DNA of 64,000 nucleotides from Ostrea edulis. Taxonomy: Eukaryota. Where the stretch lies: the NCBI RefSeq assembly GCF_947568905.1, contig NC_079170.1, forward strand, positions 27,342,001 to 27,406,000. The letters are read 5' to 3'. Made by a program: the position numbers and the translations under genes. Shown here one piece after another: positions 50,301 to 60,813 of this stretch. The notes under the pieces are model-generated. The model searched no databases and had not been told where the DNA came from. It saw only the letters and a list, made by a program, of their open reading frames with translations. Positions within the stretch are counted from its first letter, which is position 1; the number at the start of each line of letters is the position of its first letter.

Positions 50301-50632
50301 CCTGGGCAGTTGTCACAACACTTGCCATTATTCTGATTGTGATAAGGCATCTTTTGCTTTCGAAAATAAAATGCTGCTGTAGAAGGCAAGTCAACCATCT
50401 TCCTAGAACACCATCACCACCTTCAACACCGTGCACTCGTGAAACTGTAGAGCAGATAAGAATGCATTTATTGCACACACCATCTTCCATTGCTACCACC
50501 CCCAGCAGTTTATCGGCGTCAACCCCCAACACAGTAGTTTCAGTAACTCGACCTCTCCTTGGTGATGATGACGATGAACCTATTTCACAACGTACCAGGG
50601 CTAAAAGTGTCGCAAAGAGACTTAGCCTGTAA
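47360..50632 (+). CDS. Type I membrane mucin-like glycoprotein, 8 exons, 427 aa, within the Polinton left arm
   Basis: Exons 47360-47672, 48192-48308, 48481-48597, 48987-49103, 49276-49392, 49788-49904, 50098-50142, 50292-50632 (1284 nt, all phase 1). Signal-like MEGRTTACVICAAIVMMTLQDFYTFA, a 6-Cys ectodomain, five S/T-rich 39-aa repeats, TM segment GVFAWAVVTTLAIILIVI, juxtamembrane KCCCRR. Confidence 0.75.
48160..49920 (+). repeat. Higher-order exon-intron cassette repeat (A-B-A-B-A)
   Basis: Exon starts are spaced 289/506/289/512 bp, and A and B exon variants alternate. Confidence 0.95.
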
Positions 50633-51805
50633 TTTCTTTACTAGTTTTTCAAAGGGATGATATTACTACGTTTTGAACTTTTTAATGACTGTGTAGTGTA
50701 CAAGTTTTGAAAATGATAACAGTAAACAGTTTTATGAATGTGTAATCAGTTTAAAGTTGTGCATTTTTTATGACAGATTTTTTTGGAATTGGAAAAAGCA
50801 TAAAGTTTGGGACTTTTTGAACTGTTTAAGTTCCATTATTTTTCCTTTTTTTACAAAACAGATTTGTTAATGACAACAATTTGATGACATTTTACTTTTT
50901 TTAATGAATGTACATGTAGTACAGAGCAACGGTATTGTTTAAGGACATTGACTCGTTAGTTTTTCCTATGGTTGCTTTTAATGTTTTTGTATTTTTTATT
51001 TTTTTTTTTATTTTATGCGACAGTTTGTATTTTACTTGAATACTGATCAAAGGAAAATTTAAAGTCCTGCCTTTATTTGCTGATTATTATAATTTACATA
51101 TGACAGTGATCATTTGGTTATTTTTGGGATGTGCAATTGATGTAAAATGATGTTTAAGTTGATTTTAACTGATAAATGTGATTTACACTTAACATTGATC
51201 ATTTGCTTATTATGATTGTGATGTATAAGTTATGACATTAGGGTTAATTGTTGCAGCACATATTTCTATATAATAATATTTAATATCCAATAGTTATAGA
51301 GTATTATGCTTAATATTATCTACCTGTGATATAATGCTGTTAATAACAATGCAGGTTTTAAATATTTTTGAACATTTGTTTAGCTAGAAATTCTTTTGGT
51401 TAGCAACTGGGTTTAAAGAATAAGTTTGCACAGTTTGATATTAAGCATGTTAATGTCTATTTATAGATATTTTTGTCAATAAGCCAGTATATTTCTTAAC
51501 ATTGTTTTTACCTAATGTCATTTCTTTGAAAATTTGTTAAGTATTAGGAAATACTTAAAATTTTTGTTACAGGATTTTTGTTAATAAAAAAGTATTCTTT
51601 CTATATTGCCTTCTATATTTTATTAATGTACCCAAGTTCGAAATGGATATTCCGATAATTGTGACATTACGCTGCTGTCTGTAAAAATAATGTTTTACTG
51701 GTTTTTCAATTTCATTTAACAAATAACTAGCCATGTTTATTAATATACCTTTTGTCCTTTGACATGGATATAAATTTATATATATATTTTTTTTGTAATT
51801 AAGAG

Positions 51806-54800
51806 ATGGCAGACAGCGGTTTATTAAAAGAAATCCTGGACTCCTTGAATGACCCAGACACCGTGCAGTTGTTTGCTACAGTTAATGGTCTTACTGGTGA
51901 TGCCGAGGTCGAGAACAGATTAAGGGAGCTCCAGTGGGAAAAGCACATCGATGACTTATGGCAGGAGGTTCTTTCCGAGATGGAATCCCCAACTAAAAAA
52001 ATTAGACCATCCCAAGAGGATGGCGATCAACCCTCTACGAGTGGGCAGTCGGGGGGTGGGGGGAGTTCCGAGGACCCATTAGAAAAACCCTATTTCATTT
52101 GGAAGAGAGACACTCGAACATTTAAGAAAAACTTGGCCCGCGACACCACGTTTAAGGTCAAATTTAACGAGCAGTGGAAGGGGGATAAATTGTTAGATAT
52201 ACATAACAAGTTGCACGATATGTTCGACGACCTGTTGTCAGAGGCCCGGGGTCACGATGCGGATCTGGGAAGGGTGGTCATCAGTCATTCGAGTTTAAAC
52301 AATCCGATCGTCGTGCCGCTACAATCCTGGGAAAATCTGAATGCAGATGTCGTCCTGTCCGAGATCACCAAAGTACTTAATTCGAACGAAAGCTTGTCCG
52401 TGGACGAAAATCTGTTGATCACCATAGGGTCCATCGATTTGCCCAAAGGGGGAGGTAACCCTAGAAAATTACCCATCACGTCTCTCTTTGGTCCTAAAAA
52501 TAGCGTAGAAAGAAAGAGATCGCTTTTTCACGTACAAAATGATAACAACGTATGTATGGCCATTTCCATTGGTCTCTGTTACCTGAAAACGTGTGAAAAA
52601 GTAGATGCTGTTACGTGGACAAATTTAGTGGGGAAAGATGCCGGAACAATGTTCGACCATATCATCAAGCACCGTACTGTTACTCGATCCTATTACAACA
52701 ATATCTTGAAAACCTCGAGAAAAAAAATGCAAACGGAGTTGGCGATGTGGCTGTGTGAAAGAGCCGGAGTTCCTACTGACAGATATTTAGGTTTGAACGA
52801 CATCGAACCATTCGAAACCTTACTTGGTGTCTGTATCAACGTTGTGTCCTCAAGAGTAGGGAATAAATTTGTCAGGGTGACGGAGGACGAGGACAAGCCA
52901 CGTCTGTATTTATATCACGTGGACACAGAAACTGAAAAACACTGGCACGGGATTGCCAGCATACAAGGCTTTTTTAAGGCATCGTATTTTTGCCATACTT
53001 GTTTAAAACCGTATAATGATAAATCCAAACACACGTGTACCACCTCGTGTGAGGTTTGCTTACATGACCACTGTCCAGAAACAAATGTCCAAATAGGTTG
53101 TCGAACCTGTGGACGGGTCTGTCGTTCCGTGGCGTGTTTTAAACGTCATAAAAAACAAAGAGTCGTCAAGAAAGAGAGTTATCCTCCTCCTTGCGAACTG
53201 TTTCACCAATGTAAAAAATGTAGGGTCATTCTACATTGCTGTAAACGCTCTCCCGACTTGCACGTTTGTCAAGAATGGCAGTGCCCTAACTGTCTAGAAT
53301 ATCAAATAGGAGAACATCATTGTTATCAAAAACCGTGTGGATGTGATTTAGAAAAAAGAGACAAAAAATTTATTTTCTACGATTTTGAGACGCGTCAAGA
53401 GGACATCTTTCATTGCGAGCAAGGGTATCGACCGTCTTGCATCAGATGCGACCAATGTGTCAAAAAAGAACGCCAGTGTGTAGACTGTAGACTCTGTCAG
53501 AACTGTCGTGATCCGTCCTGTGGTCTACAACAACACAAAGTCAACTTTGCCGTGCTGCAGACCACCTGTCACATATGTGAGAAAAGGGAACTGGTGGAGG
53601 GCGCCTCCTGTAATTACTGCGGAACACGGTGTGAGCAATGCTCCCGAACCCATAAAGGTGAATATGTGAACCCCCCTTGTCCCGACACTTGTGGAAAAAG
53701 GGAAGTGGTGTTTTCTGGCGACAACGCCGCCGAGCAGTTCTGTGCTTTCGTCACCAGTGAACATTGTAAAAATTCGATCTTGATTGCCCACAATGCCAAA
53801 AGTTTCGACTTGTATCCGGTTTTAGAAGTGCTCATAGACCGTCACTCTATTCGACCTAGCAAGATCATTTACAACGGTTCTAAAATCATGTACATGCACA
53901 TTGCGCACAAATTAAATTTGACTTTTGTGGATTCCCTCAATTTCCTGCCCATGAAGCTTGCCAAAATACCAGATGCCTTCGGTCTACAGGAACTCTGTAA
54001 GGGATACTTTCCCCATTTATTTAATACTAAAGCCAATCAAAACTACGTGGGGCCGTATCCAAAGTTGAAGTACTACGGATACGATTTCATGTCGGCCGGG
54101 GAGCGGAAAAAGCTTGCCGAATGGCATGCAACGAAACGAGACGAAACCTTTAACTTTCGAGAAGAAATGTTGCAATATTGTCGCTCGGACGTTGATATAT
54201 TGAGGCGGGGGTGTCTAGAATTTAGAAACTTGGTGATCAAGGTGACAACTCTAACAGAGGAAACGGTTCAAGCAAACGGAATCATCAAGAAAACGAGCTC
54301 GGGTGGAGTCGACCCCTTTGATTTTGTCACCATTGCAAGTGTCTGCATGGGGATATTCAAGTCGCTCTTTTTGAAGGGAAAAAGTAAAATAGAAATCACC
54401 AAAGATGGTGAATCGGATTTGTACGACATTCGTCATCATAAGAGTTTAGAGGGGGTCCATCTCGGTGATTCTTGGACGTCTCTCGTCGATTTAAGAAAGG
54501 ACGACAATGTACAGATAGGAAAACGACATTTCAAAAGTCCCGTGGCAGTAGTACCATCTCAAGGATACACGAAGCGCGACAATTACAGCAAAATTTCCAT
54601 CCAGTGGCTGGAGTGGTTGATGGAAAAAAGTCGTCAGCGGGGTAACCCCATTGTCATTTCCCACGCTCTCAACGGTGGTGAATTCCAAGTGCCAGGGACC
54701 AATTACAGATGTGACGGGTTTGTCAAGATTCCTGGCGGAAACGGAACCATTTATGAATTCTATGGTAAGAGCTTATTATTTTAACCTTTGCCCCCCCCGT

Positions 54801-56500
54801 TTTCCCCCTAAACTGGAGGGGGGGGGGGGGCGGCGGCGGCGGCGTACCTGGACTTAATTACGAATGTATTGAGGATTGATATTGTTCATTTTGGTACAGG
54901 TTGTGTATTCCACGGTTGTCCCAACTGTTTCCCAGACGATAGGAATACCATCAAACACCCGTCTACCAATCAGACCATCAAAGAATTGTACGACATGACC
55001 AAACACAGAGAAAAGGAATTGAAAAATCTGGGATACAAATTGGTCATTGTGTGGGAGCATCAATTTAAATTTCAATTGGAGAAGAATGTAGCTTTGCAAC
55101 AATTCGTGTCCACCCTAGATCTCCAAGACAGACTCGACCCACGTGACAGTTTTTTCGGTGGTCGCACCAATGCCATCAAACTGCATTATAAAGCTGCAGA
55201 AGACGAAACAATCCAATATTTCGATTTTACCAGTCTCTATCCCTGGACCAACAAGTATTGTCGGTATCCCGTCGGCCATCCGACCATCATAACGGACGAT
55301 TTTCAGGACTTGTCGCAATATTTTGGACTGGCTAAAATAAAAATTCTCCCCCCTAGAAAACTTTATCATCCCGTACTTCCATACAATTCGAATGGAAAAT
55401 TGAAGTTCCCACTTTGTAAAACGTGTGCAGACAGTGAAAATCAAAATGAATGTACATGCTCTGTTGAAGAGAGATCCATCACGGGCACGTGGTGTACTCC
55501 TGAAATTCAAATGGCAACGTCAAAAGGGTACGAAATCTTGAAAATCTATGAAGTTTATCATTTTGCCGAGTCTTCCAAATACGATGTCGAGTCGTGTGAG
55601 GGGGGATTATTCGCTCAGTATGTGAACATGTTTTTAAAAATAAAACAGGAGGCTTCCGGATTTCCGGCCGAATGCGACACGGAAGAGACCAAAAGAAAAT
55701 ACATTAGGGAATACAAAGAAAACGAAGGTATCCAATTAGAGTATGAAAAAATTAAAAAAAATCCCGGTTTGCGATGTTTAGCGAAACTTTGTCTGAATAG
55801 CTTTTGGGGGAAATTTGGTCAGAGGTTGGGCATGCAACAATCCGTGTTCATTCACGAATCGGAAGCCGAAAATTTTTTTCAAATGCTCTCAGATCCTACA
55901 AAAGTACCACACAACTTTCACATTGTTTCGAGAGACATTCTTCAATTAGAATGGAGTAACAACCCCCTATTCGCGTCATTCGACAATAAAACTAATATAT
56001 TCTTGGCCTCTTTTACCACCATGTGGGCTCGACTGAAATTGTATGGCGTTCTCGACAAATTAAACGAGAACGTCTTGTATTTCGATACAGACAGTGTCAT
56101 CTTCAAGACAAAAAAGTCGGACAACTTGAATTATCTCCCCATAGGTAATCACCTGGGAGAATTGACTAATGAAATCTCTCCACAAGACGGGTACATTGTC
56201 GAATTCGTTTCTGGGGGTCCTAAAAACTACGCTTACCGCACACTGTCGGGAAAAGAAGAATGCAAAGTTAGAGGGTTTACACTTAACTGGGCCAACTCGA
56301 AACTTATCAATTTCCAGGCTATCAAGTCGATAATCTGTACCTCACACGACCGACAAATTGAAATTGTCAACCCTTGTAAAATATCGAGAGACAGCAGAAA
56401 GCGAAAATTGTTAAATAGGGTTGAAACTAAAAATTATAAGATGGTTTACACTAAAAGGAGAATTCTTCCTAATTTAGACACGTTGCCATTTGGATTTTGA
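51806..56500 (+). CDS. polB: Protein-primed family B DNA polymerase (pPolB), spliced, 1519 aa
   Basis: Exons 51806-54764 and 54900-56500. Exo I FYDFET, Exo II HNAKSFD, Exo III YCRSDV; Pol motifs YFDFTSLYP, KLCLNSFWGKFGQ, YFDTDS. Splicing restores YEFYGCVFHGC. Confidence 0.93.
54765..54899 (+). other. 135-bp spliceosomal intron in polB
   Basis: G|GTAAGA ... TTTTGGTACAG|GT; in-frame TAA at 54782-54784 unless spliced. Confidence 0.85.
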
Positions 56501-56596
56501 TTATAAAACGAAATATTTTGACGTTTTTGTTTTTTTTATTGAATGATAAATACACAAATAAAATGATAAAAGACATTATTCGTTGTTATTACACTG

Positions 56597-56866
56597 TCAA
56601 TATGTGAGCCAGGGTACGTTTTTCTTCTTCCGCCGAACATTGGAAATTCCAGGAGGTTTCCCAACCTTCATCTTCTTAGCGACGTAACCTGTTCCAGTTT
56701 GTAACAAATTAGTTTTATCCACTAAGTCACTGGCAGTTTGTTCTTGACCTTCTGAGGATTGCTTCGAAGTTCGGTCGACTTCTCGGGATGACGTATCAGC
56801 AGGTTCTAATTTTTGAAGTAAACGTTCATATTTCAGTTTCGGTACAAGTATCATTTCCTTTGCCAT
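56597..56866 (-). CDS. Small Polinton protein (89 aa, basic C-terminus, QTGTG motif)
   Basis: ORF overlaps the upstream ORF end and sits within the compact structural-gene block. Confidence 0.7.
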   Translation of the reverse strand: MAKEMILVPKLKYERLLQKLEPADTSSREVDRTSKQSSEGQEQTASDLVDKTNLLQTGTGYVAKKMKVGKPPGISNVRRKKKNVPWLTY

Positions 56867-57180
56867 TTTCCTTTGAAATGTTGAACAATGGGTTTAAGTA
56901 GAAGCGGCACTAAAGGAATGTTTTTCAATAGTATGCGACGTTTCTCTCGGTTGCTGACTTCTCTGGACCCCAAGGATCGAATGCATGATTCATAAGGTTT
57001 CAGTTGGTTTATATACTTTTTAGTCAGAGGATAAGTTCCGGTGTAAATGTTAAGTGCTATTTCACTGAGCACATCGTACTGTTCACTGTTCAAGGCTTTA
57101 ACGATTACTTTTTGCTGGGCATTGTCTGCACAGACAAGAAACTTTAAAAAAGCCTCGTGTTTCTTCACCGTTTGCTTCAT
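56851..57180 (-). CDS. Small conserved-type Polinton protein downstream of the ATPase (109 aa from ATG 57180)
   Basis: MKQTVKKHEAFLKFL...LSEIALNIYTG..PL...KRRIL...PLVPLLLKP. Position and pattern are typical of the small ORF next to Maverick ATPases (recalled). Confidence 0.7.
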   Translation of the reverse strand: MKQTVKKHEAFLKFLVCADNAQQKVIVKALNSEQYDVLSEIALNIYTGTYPLTKKYINQLKPYESCIRSLGSREVSNREKRRILLKNIPLVPLLLKPIVQHFKGKWQRK

Positions 57181-57218
57181 CTTTGAATAATGAGGCGAAC
57201 ACATCAAATCATACTTAT

Positions 57219-57902
57219 TTATAGAGGTTGGTAAATAATCATCTCTTCTCCCGGAAGAATGCGTGTTCTTAACTGATACTCTCTGTTCTGTGTAGGTTCC
57301 AGGCAAACATGTAAGTAACCGAAATTGGGTCGAGTCGCAGATTCATAGGCTGCTTTGAAAAAAGGAACTTGTCCTGGTAAGATCTGAGATCCAAAGGTGA
57401 TGATCTGTCGGGAATCGCGGTAATTCTTAAACAAAATGACATTAAGACAATTCAGTGAAATGGTCCTGGCGTATTTTCCCGGCGGGTATAAGTTCTGAGA
57501 CAACATCACGGTGGTCACGTTTCTATGATGAGATGTCACCGTGAATAGATGCACACAATCTTGTGATTGCGCAACTTGTAACATGAGATCATCCAGTACC
57601 ACTATAGTGTGACTGACACCCTCTGTGTACTGCTCTATGTCTTCTTTTGAAGGCATTCCTTGATGTAATGAAAGGTTTGGTATCGTCTGCTTCATTTCCT
57701 CAAACATGGGTTGATGTTCAGAATAAGCATAAATTGTTCTATCAACAGGCATAGAGAACATGCCATTGGCGTTTTGTAAAAGTGTTTTAGTAAAATGCGT
57801 TTTACCGCTTTGTGTACTTCCACATATCAGAATAGTGGAAGGTGCCGAAAACGGAAGCAAGGAACGAGTGTTCCACCAATCGTTTATGTTCTCTGTTGCC
57901 AT
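57219..57902 (-). CDS. A32/FtsK-like genome packaging ATPase
   Basis: Walker A GSTQSGKT, Walker B IVVLDDL, and SHHRN...LSQN motifs. Confidence 0.93.
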   Translation of the reverse strand: MATENINDWWNTRSLLPFSAPSTILICGSTQSGKTHFTKTLLQNANGMFSMPVDRTIYAYSEHQPMFEEMKQTIPNLSLHQGMPSKEDIEQYTEGVSHTIVVLDDLMLQVAQSQDCVHLFTVTSHHRNVTTVMLSQNLYPPGKYARTISLNCLNVILFKNYRDSRQIITFGSQILPGQVPFFKAAYESATRPNFGYLHVCLEPTQNREYQLRTRILPGEEMIIYQPL

Positions 57903-58011
57903 GTTCCTCGGTAGCCAGGCTTCCTCATACTGAAGTCCAGCGTAATGCTACGCGCACATATATATATATTAACAAACTTATTCAATGACAGTATAAAAAT
58001 AACTTCTCTAT

Positions 58012-58494
58012 CTATGTTTCATGATTAATTTTAATGACAGAATAATCATACATAAAACGTTTCACAAAATCATCATTGGATTGAATGTCTTTAGAAAATA
58101 AAGCATACACATCATTTATCGAGTTTTTGAAACACAATCTTGCAATTAAAAATACTAATACATAAAGTCCACACAAATCGGAATTACGAGGCTGTAGTCG
58201 TATAGACTTGAAATTACATTGTACACTGCTCATCCTCAAAAAGTTTTGAATGTCTTGATTGTAATGAGTTGGTGATTTCCCAAGGCTGTCGAAAAACTCT
58301 GCTTGGGATGGACTTCGCACGATTATTGCCACCCAATGTTCTCCAGGCATTGGTAAAGGTTGTGTATTGACGATGAAGGCACTCGGATACCTTGTAACGA
58401 TTTGGGGTAATGTGTTACTAGCAAATACACCTTTCACATAGCATCTTAAGCAGGGGTCCGTTTTCACCATATTTAGCAGCTGTGTCGAATTCAT
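58012..58494 (-). CDS. Adenain/Ulp1-like cysteine maturation protease
   Basis: IVNT...GEHWVA, FFDSLG and LQ.....CGLY give the His-Asp-Gln-Cys catalytic set. Confidence 0.92.
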   Translation of the reverse strand: MNSTQLLNMVKTDPCLRCYVKGVFASNTLPQIVTRYPSAFIVNTQPLPMPGEHWVAIIVRSPSQAEFFDSLGKSPTHYNQDIQNFLRMSSVQCNFKSIRLQPRNSDLCGLYVLVFLIARLCFKNSINDVYALFSKDIQSNDDFVKRFMYDYSVIKINHET

Positions 58495-59807
58495 GGTTGA
58501 ATGTAGTTGATATCACGTGATTTGTCGACTTCCAGTAGAGATGAAAAGGTAGCAAATACAATTGCGTTAGCAGCTTTAGTTGTTGCTTGTTTAAATTTCA
58601 GTTCCAGTCTGGTGTTTCCCCGACGAATCAGATTTAAATACTCTTCTCCAAATCCACAGGAATCAATAGTGAAAACAAACAGCGAATATCCACTTCCAAA
58701 ATTATCACGAGTGATGATCAGTCCGGCATCATTGTTCCATTTTCCCGAGGCTTCAAACAAACGAGCGTAAGCTGCTGAATACAGTCCCGCTGAGAAGTCT
58801 GTTTTGAGCGGTCTACCGGGTACACTTTCTCCGTTAACGTATATTCCGACGTCTGTTAACCCCATATGCTCAAAGTTAAAGGGGTTAGCGGTGTAGTCCC
58901 CATTGACGGCTTTCTGGTCCACCAAGGCCACCACGATGCGATCGGGTACCGCTTGAGGAAAAATGTTGTCCCAGTAAAACTCTGTGGATCCTTTAGGAAT
59001 AGTATTCATTTTCAATTCATTTCGCATGATAGTATACTTCACGGGGGTTGCTTCTATCTGTTTACTATGATTCAGTAGAACGCCAGGGTCTACTCGCACT
59101 TTGGCTACTTTGTACACAACGTCCAGTAACTCTAATTTGAAAGCTGGTGAAGATTCAGCCGACATAATGACAAACGGGGCACTGGATCTAAAGAGTTTGA
59201 TGTAAATGTCTACCCCGTTTATCAAATATTTATCTATATCAAAGACATCTTCCATCAGGTTTCCTTCCAACTCAAAGACTGCACTTTGCTGAGTGTATCC
59301 ATACCGCACGACCAGTCCAGCATTCCCCCCATTGTATGCATTGGCGTCACTCAGGTTTCCCTCTTCTTTAAAAAACAGCTCGGATTGTTTCTGTGAACTA
59401 AGTTCGTCTCTCCCGCTGAATAAAATTGTCTTGAAATAGGCCTTCCACGGATAGTTGTTTGTGTTGAAAGAAACTAATTTGTTGTTCAAGTAGACATCCA
59501 TCTGGGAAAACATACTTTGAAGTGGTAAATTTACAATGCCCGTTTTTTCATTTTCTGCCAGCGCCGTTCCATCTGCTTTCAAAATTCGGGCTTTCACATA
59601 CAATTTACTCCTTTTTAAATCAATGTATTCTGCCCCCGAACCAGATACTACGATTTCGATTGGTGTATCGGATACTCCTATGCTAGAAATCGGTCTTGCT
59701 TCTGTAAAGTACACTTTTTCGACCGCTACCTGATTTGTTGGAGACGCAAAAAGAGACAGTTCCATAGGTTGAGCTATGTCTTTATTATCACTGCTTAAAA
59801 AGGCCAT
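58491..59807 (-). CDS. Double jelly-roll major capsid protein (Polinton PY)
   Basis: 438 aa; ELSLF..P.Q, IEIVVSG....YIDL..SKLYVK, NPFNF.H, GYSLFVF pattern; 4-nt ATGA overlap with the protease. Confidence 0.88.
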   Translation of the reverse strand: MAFLSSDNKDIAQPMELSLFASPTNQVAVEKVYFTEARPISSIGVSDTPIEIVVSGSGAEYIDLKRSKLYVKARILKADGTALAENEKTGIVNLPLQSMFSQMDVYLNNKLVSFNTNNYPWKAYFKTILFSGRDELSSQKQSELFFKEEGNLSDANAYNGGNAGLVVRYGYTQQSAVFELEGNLMEDVFDIDKYLINGVDIYIKLFRSSAPFVIMSAESSPAFKLELLDVVYKVAKVRVDPGVLLNHSKQIEATPVKYTIMRNELKMNTIPKGSTEFYWDNIFPQAVPDRIVVALVDQKAVNGDYTANPFNFEHMGLTDVGIYVNGESVPGRPLKTDFSAGLYSAAYARLFEASGKWNNDAGLIITRDNFGSGYSLFVFTIDSCGFGEEYLNLIRRGNTRLELKFKQATTKAANAIVFATFSSLLEVDKSRDINYIQP

Positions 59808-59809
59808 TT

Positions 59810-60325
59810 CTACTGTTTAAAGATACTCCTGTAACTGTCAATCTTAAACTCTTTCTTCTTTCTCGATTGTGTTTTCTTGCCTGGTGCTCCTCGCTTTTTC
59901 TTAATTGTCTTCTGTGTCGTTTTTCCTGACTTTTTTCGTTGTTTTGCAGGCTTAGACGACTTCTTCCTTTGAGATGTTGTTCGTTTCGATTTCTTGGAAG
60001 GAATGACAGACGATTGAGAACGTGGCCTTTTTATACTCCCCTGCACCTTGACGAATGGAACACCCTCTTTGACATCCTTGGCATGTTCGATCTTAGCTCT
60101 TTCCTCCACCGCAGTCACTGGGGTCATTTGAGTGCTGGTTTGTTGTACTGATTCTAATTGTGAGTGAGGTCTCAATGGAATGACATAAGACTTATAACTT
60201 TTCACACCTCTTCCAATTTGTTTAGGCTTGTATCTATAAGGGTTGAACTTTTTCTCTGCCATGTTCTTGTAAAAGATTTCCCACATTCTGGGATCACTGA
60301 CGTAAGTTTGGCTATTCATCTTCAC
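59810..60325 (-). CDS. Basic core-like Polinton protein (about 170 aa, Lys/Arg-rich tail, QIGRG motif)
   Basis: ORF packed between minor and major capsid genes; its highly basic C-terminal half suggests DNA binding (inference). Confidence 0.75.
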   Translation of the reverse strand: MKMNSQTYVSDPRMWEIFYKNMAEKKFNPYRYKPKQIGRGVKSYKSYVIPLRPHSQLESVQQTSTQMTPVTAVEERAKIEHAKDVKEGVPFVKVQGSIKRPRSQSSVIPSKKSKRTTSQRKKSSKPAKQRKKSGKTTQKTIKKKRGAPGKKTQSRKKKEFKIDSYRSIFKQ

Positions 60326-60813
60326 AGAACGTAAGGAAACTTCTTGAAATGAAGTGTTACGGTCACCGGTCCGTCTAAGAATGACACTAAGTTTCCTTCT
60401 CTGTCTGTTATATATATGCCAATCTGCTGCAATTGGCCGATTTTTACTGGAATGTAATACGGTAGTGGGTAAGTGATATTTTCTGGTTTCTTCCCCAGGT
60501 ATATGCGTCTTAGGAGAGGTGCTTCTTTTCCACCAATAAGAGTTTCTTCACAAATATCACAACACACAAACAACTCAGATTCTTTTTTGGATGTAATCCA
60601 GCTTTCTGAGGAAAATTCTGTCAGGGCAACAGTCCAATATCCGTCGAATTGAATCTGTTTATTCAATTGAACTCGATAACAATTTGGTTTATTGTCAAAA
60701 TAATCAGAACTGTCCGTAGACGTCAACACCATCCGAACGCTCATTTTGAATGAACACATCTTGTAGAAATTAGTGACTTTTATTGCTTTTCCAGAGAGCT
60801 TTCTGGAATCCAA
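60322..60813 (-). CDS. Single jelly-roll minor capsid (penton, Polinton PX); real start likely 60744 or 60732
   Basis: L.S.DS..YF.N....YRVQL...I.FDG.W.VAL.E and C-terminal I.IYITD..G..V.F..GPV.VTLHF pattern. Confidence 0.8.
   Translation of the reverse strand: MDSRKLSGKAIKVTNFYKMCSFKMSVRMVLTSTDSSDYFDNKPNCYRVQLNKQIQFDGYWTVALTEFSSESWITSKKESELFVCCDICEETLIGGKEAPLLRRIYLGKKPENITYPLPYYIPVKIGQLQQIGIYITDREGNLVSFLDGPVTVTLHFKKFPYVL

Noticed and set aside
51806-56500. polB as two separate genes or a pseudogene with a nonsense mutation
   Set aside because: Canonical GT-AG boundaries remove the stop and precisely restore a conserved motif, so an intron is the simpler explanation.
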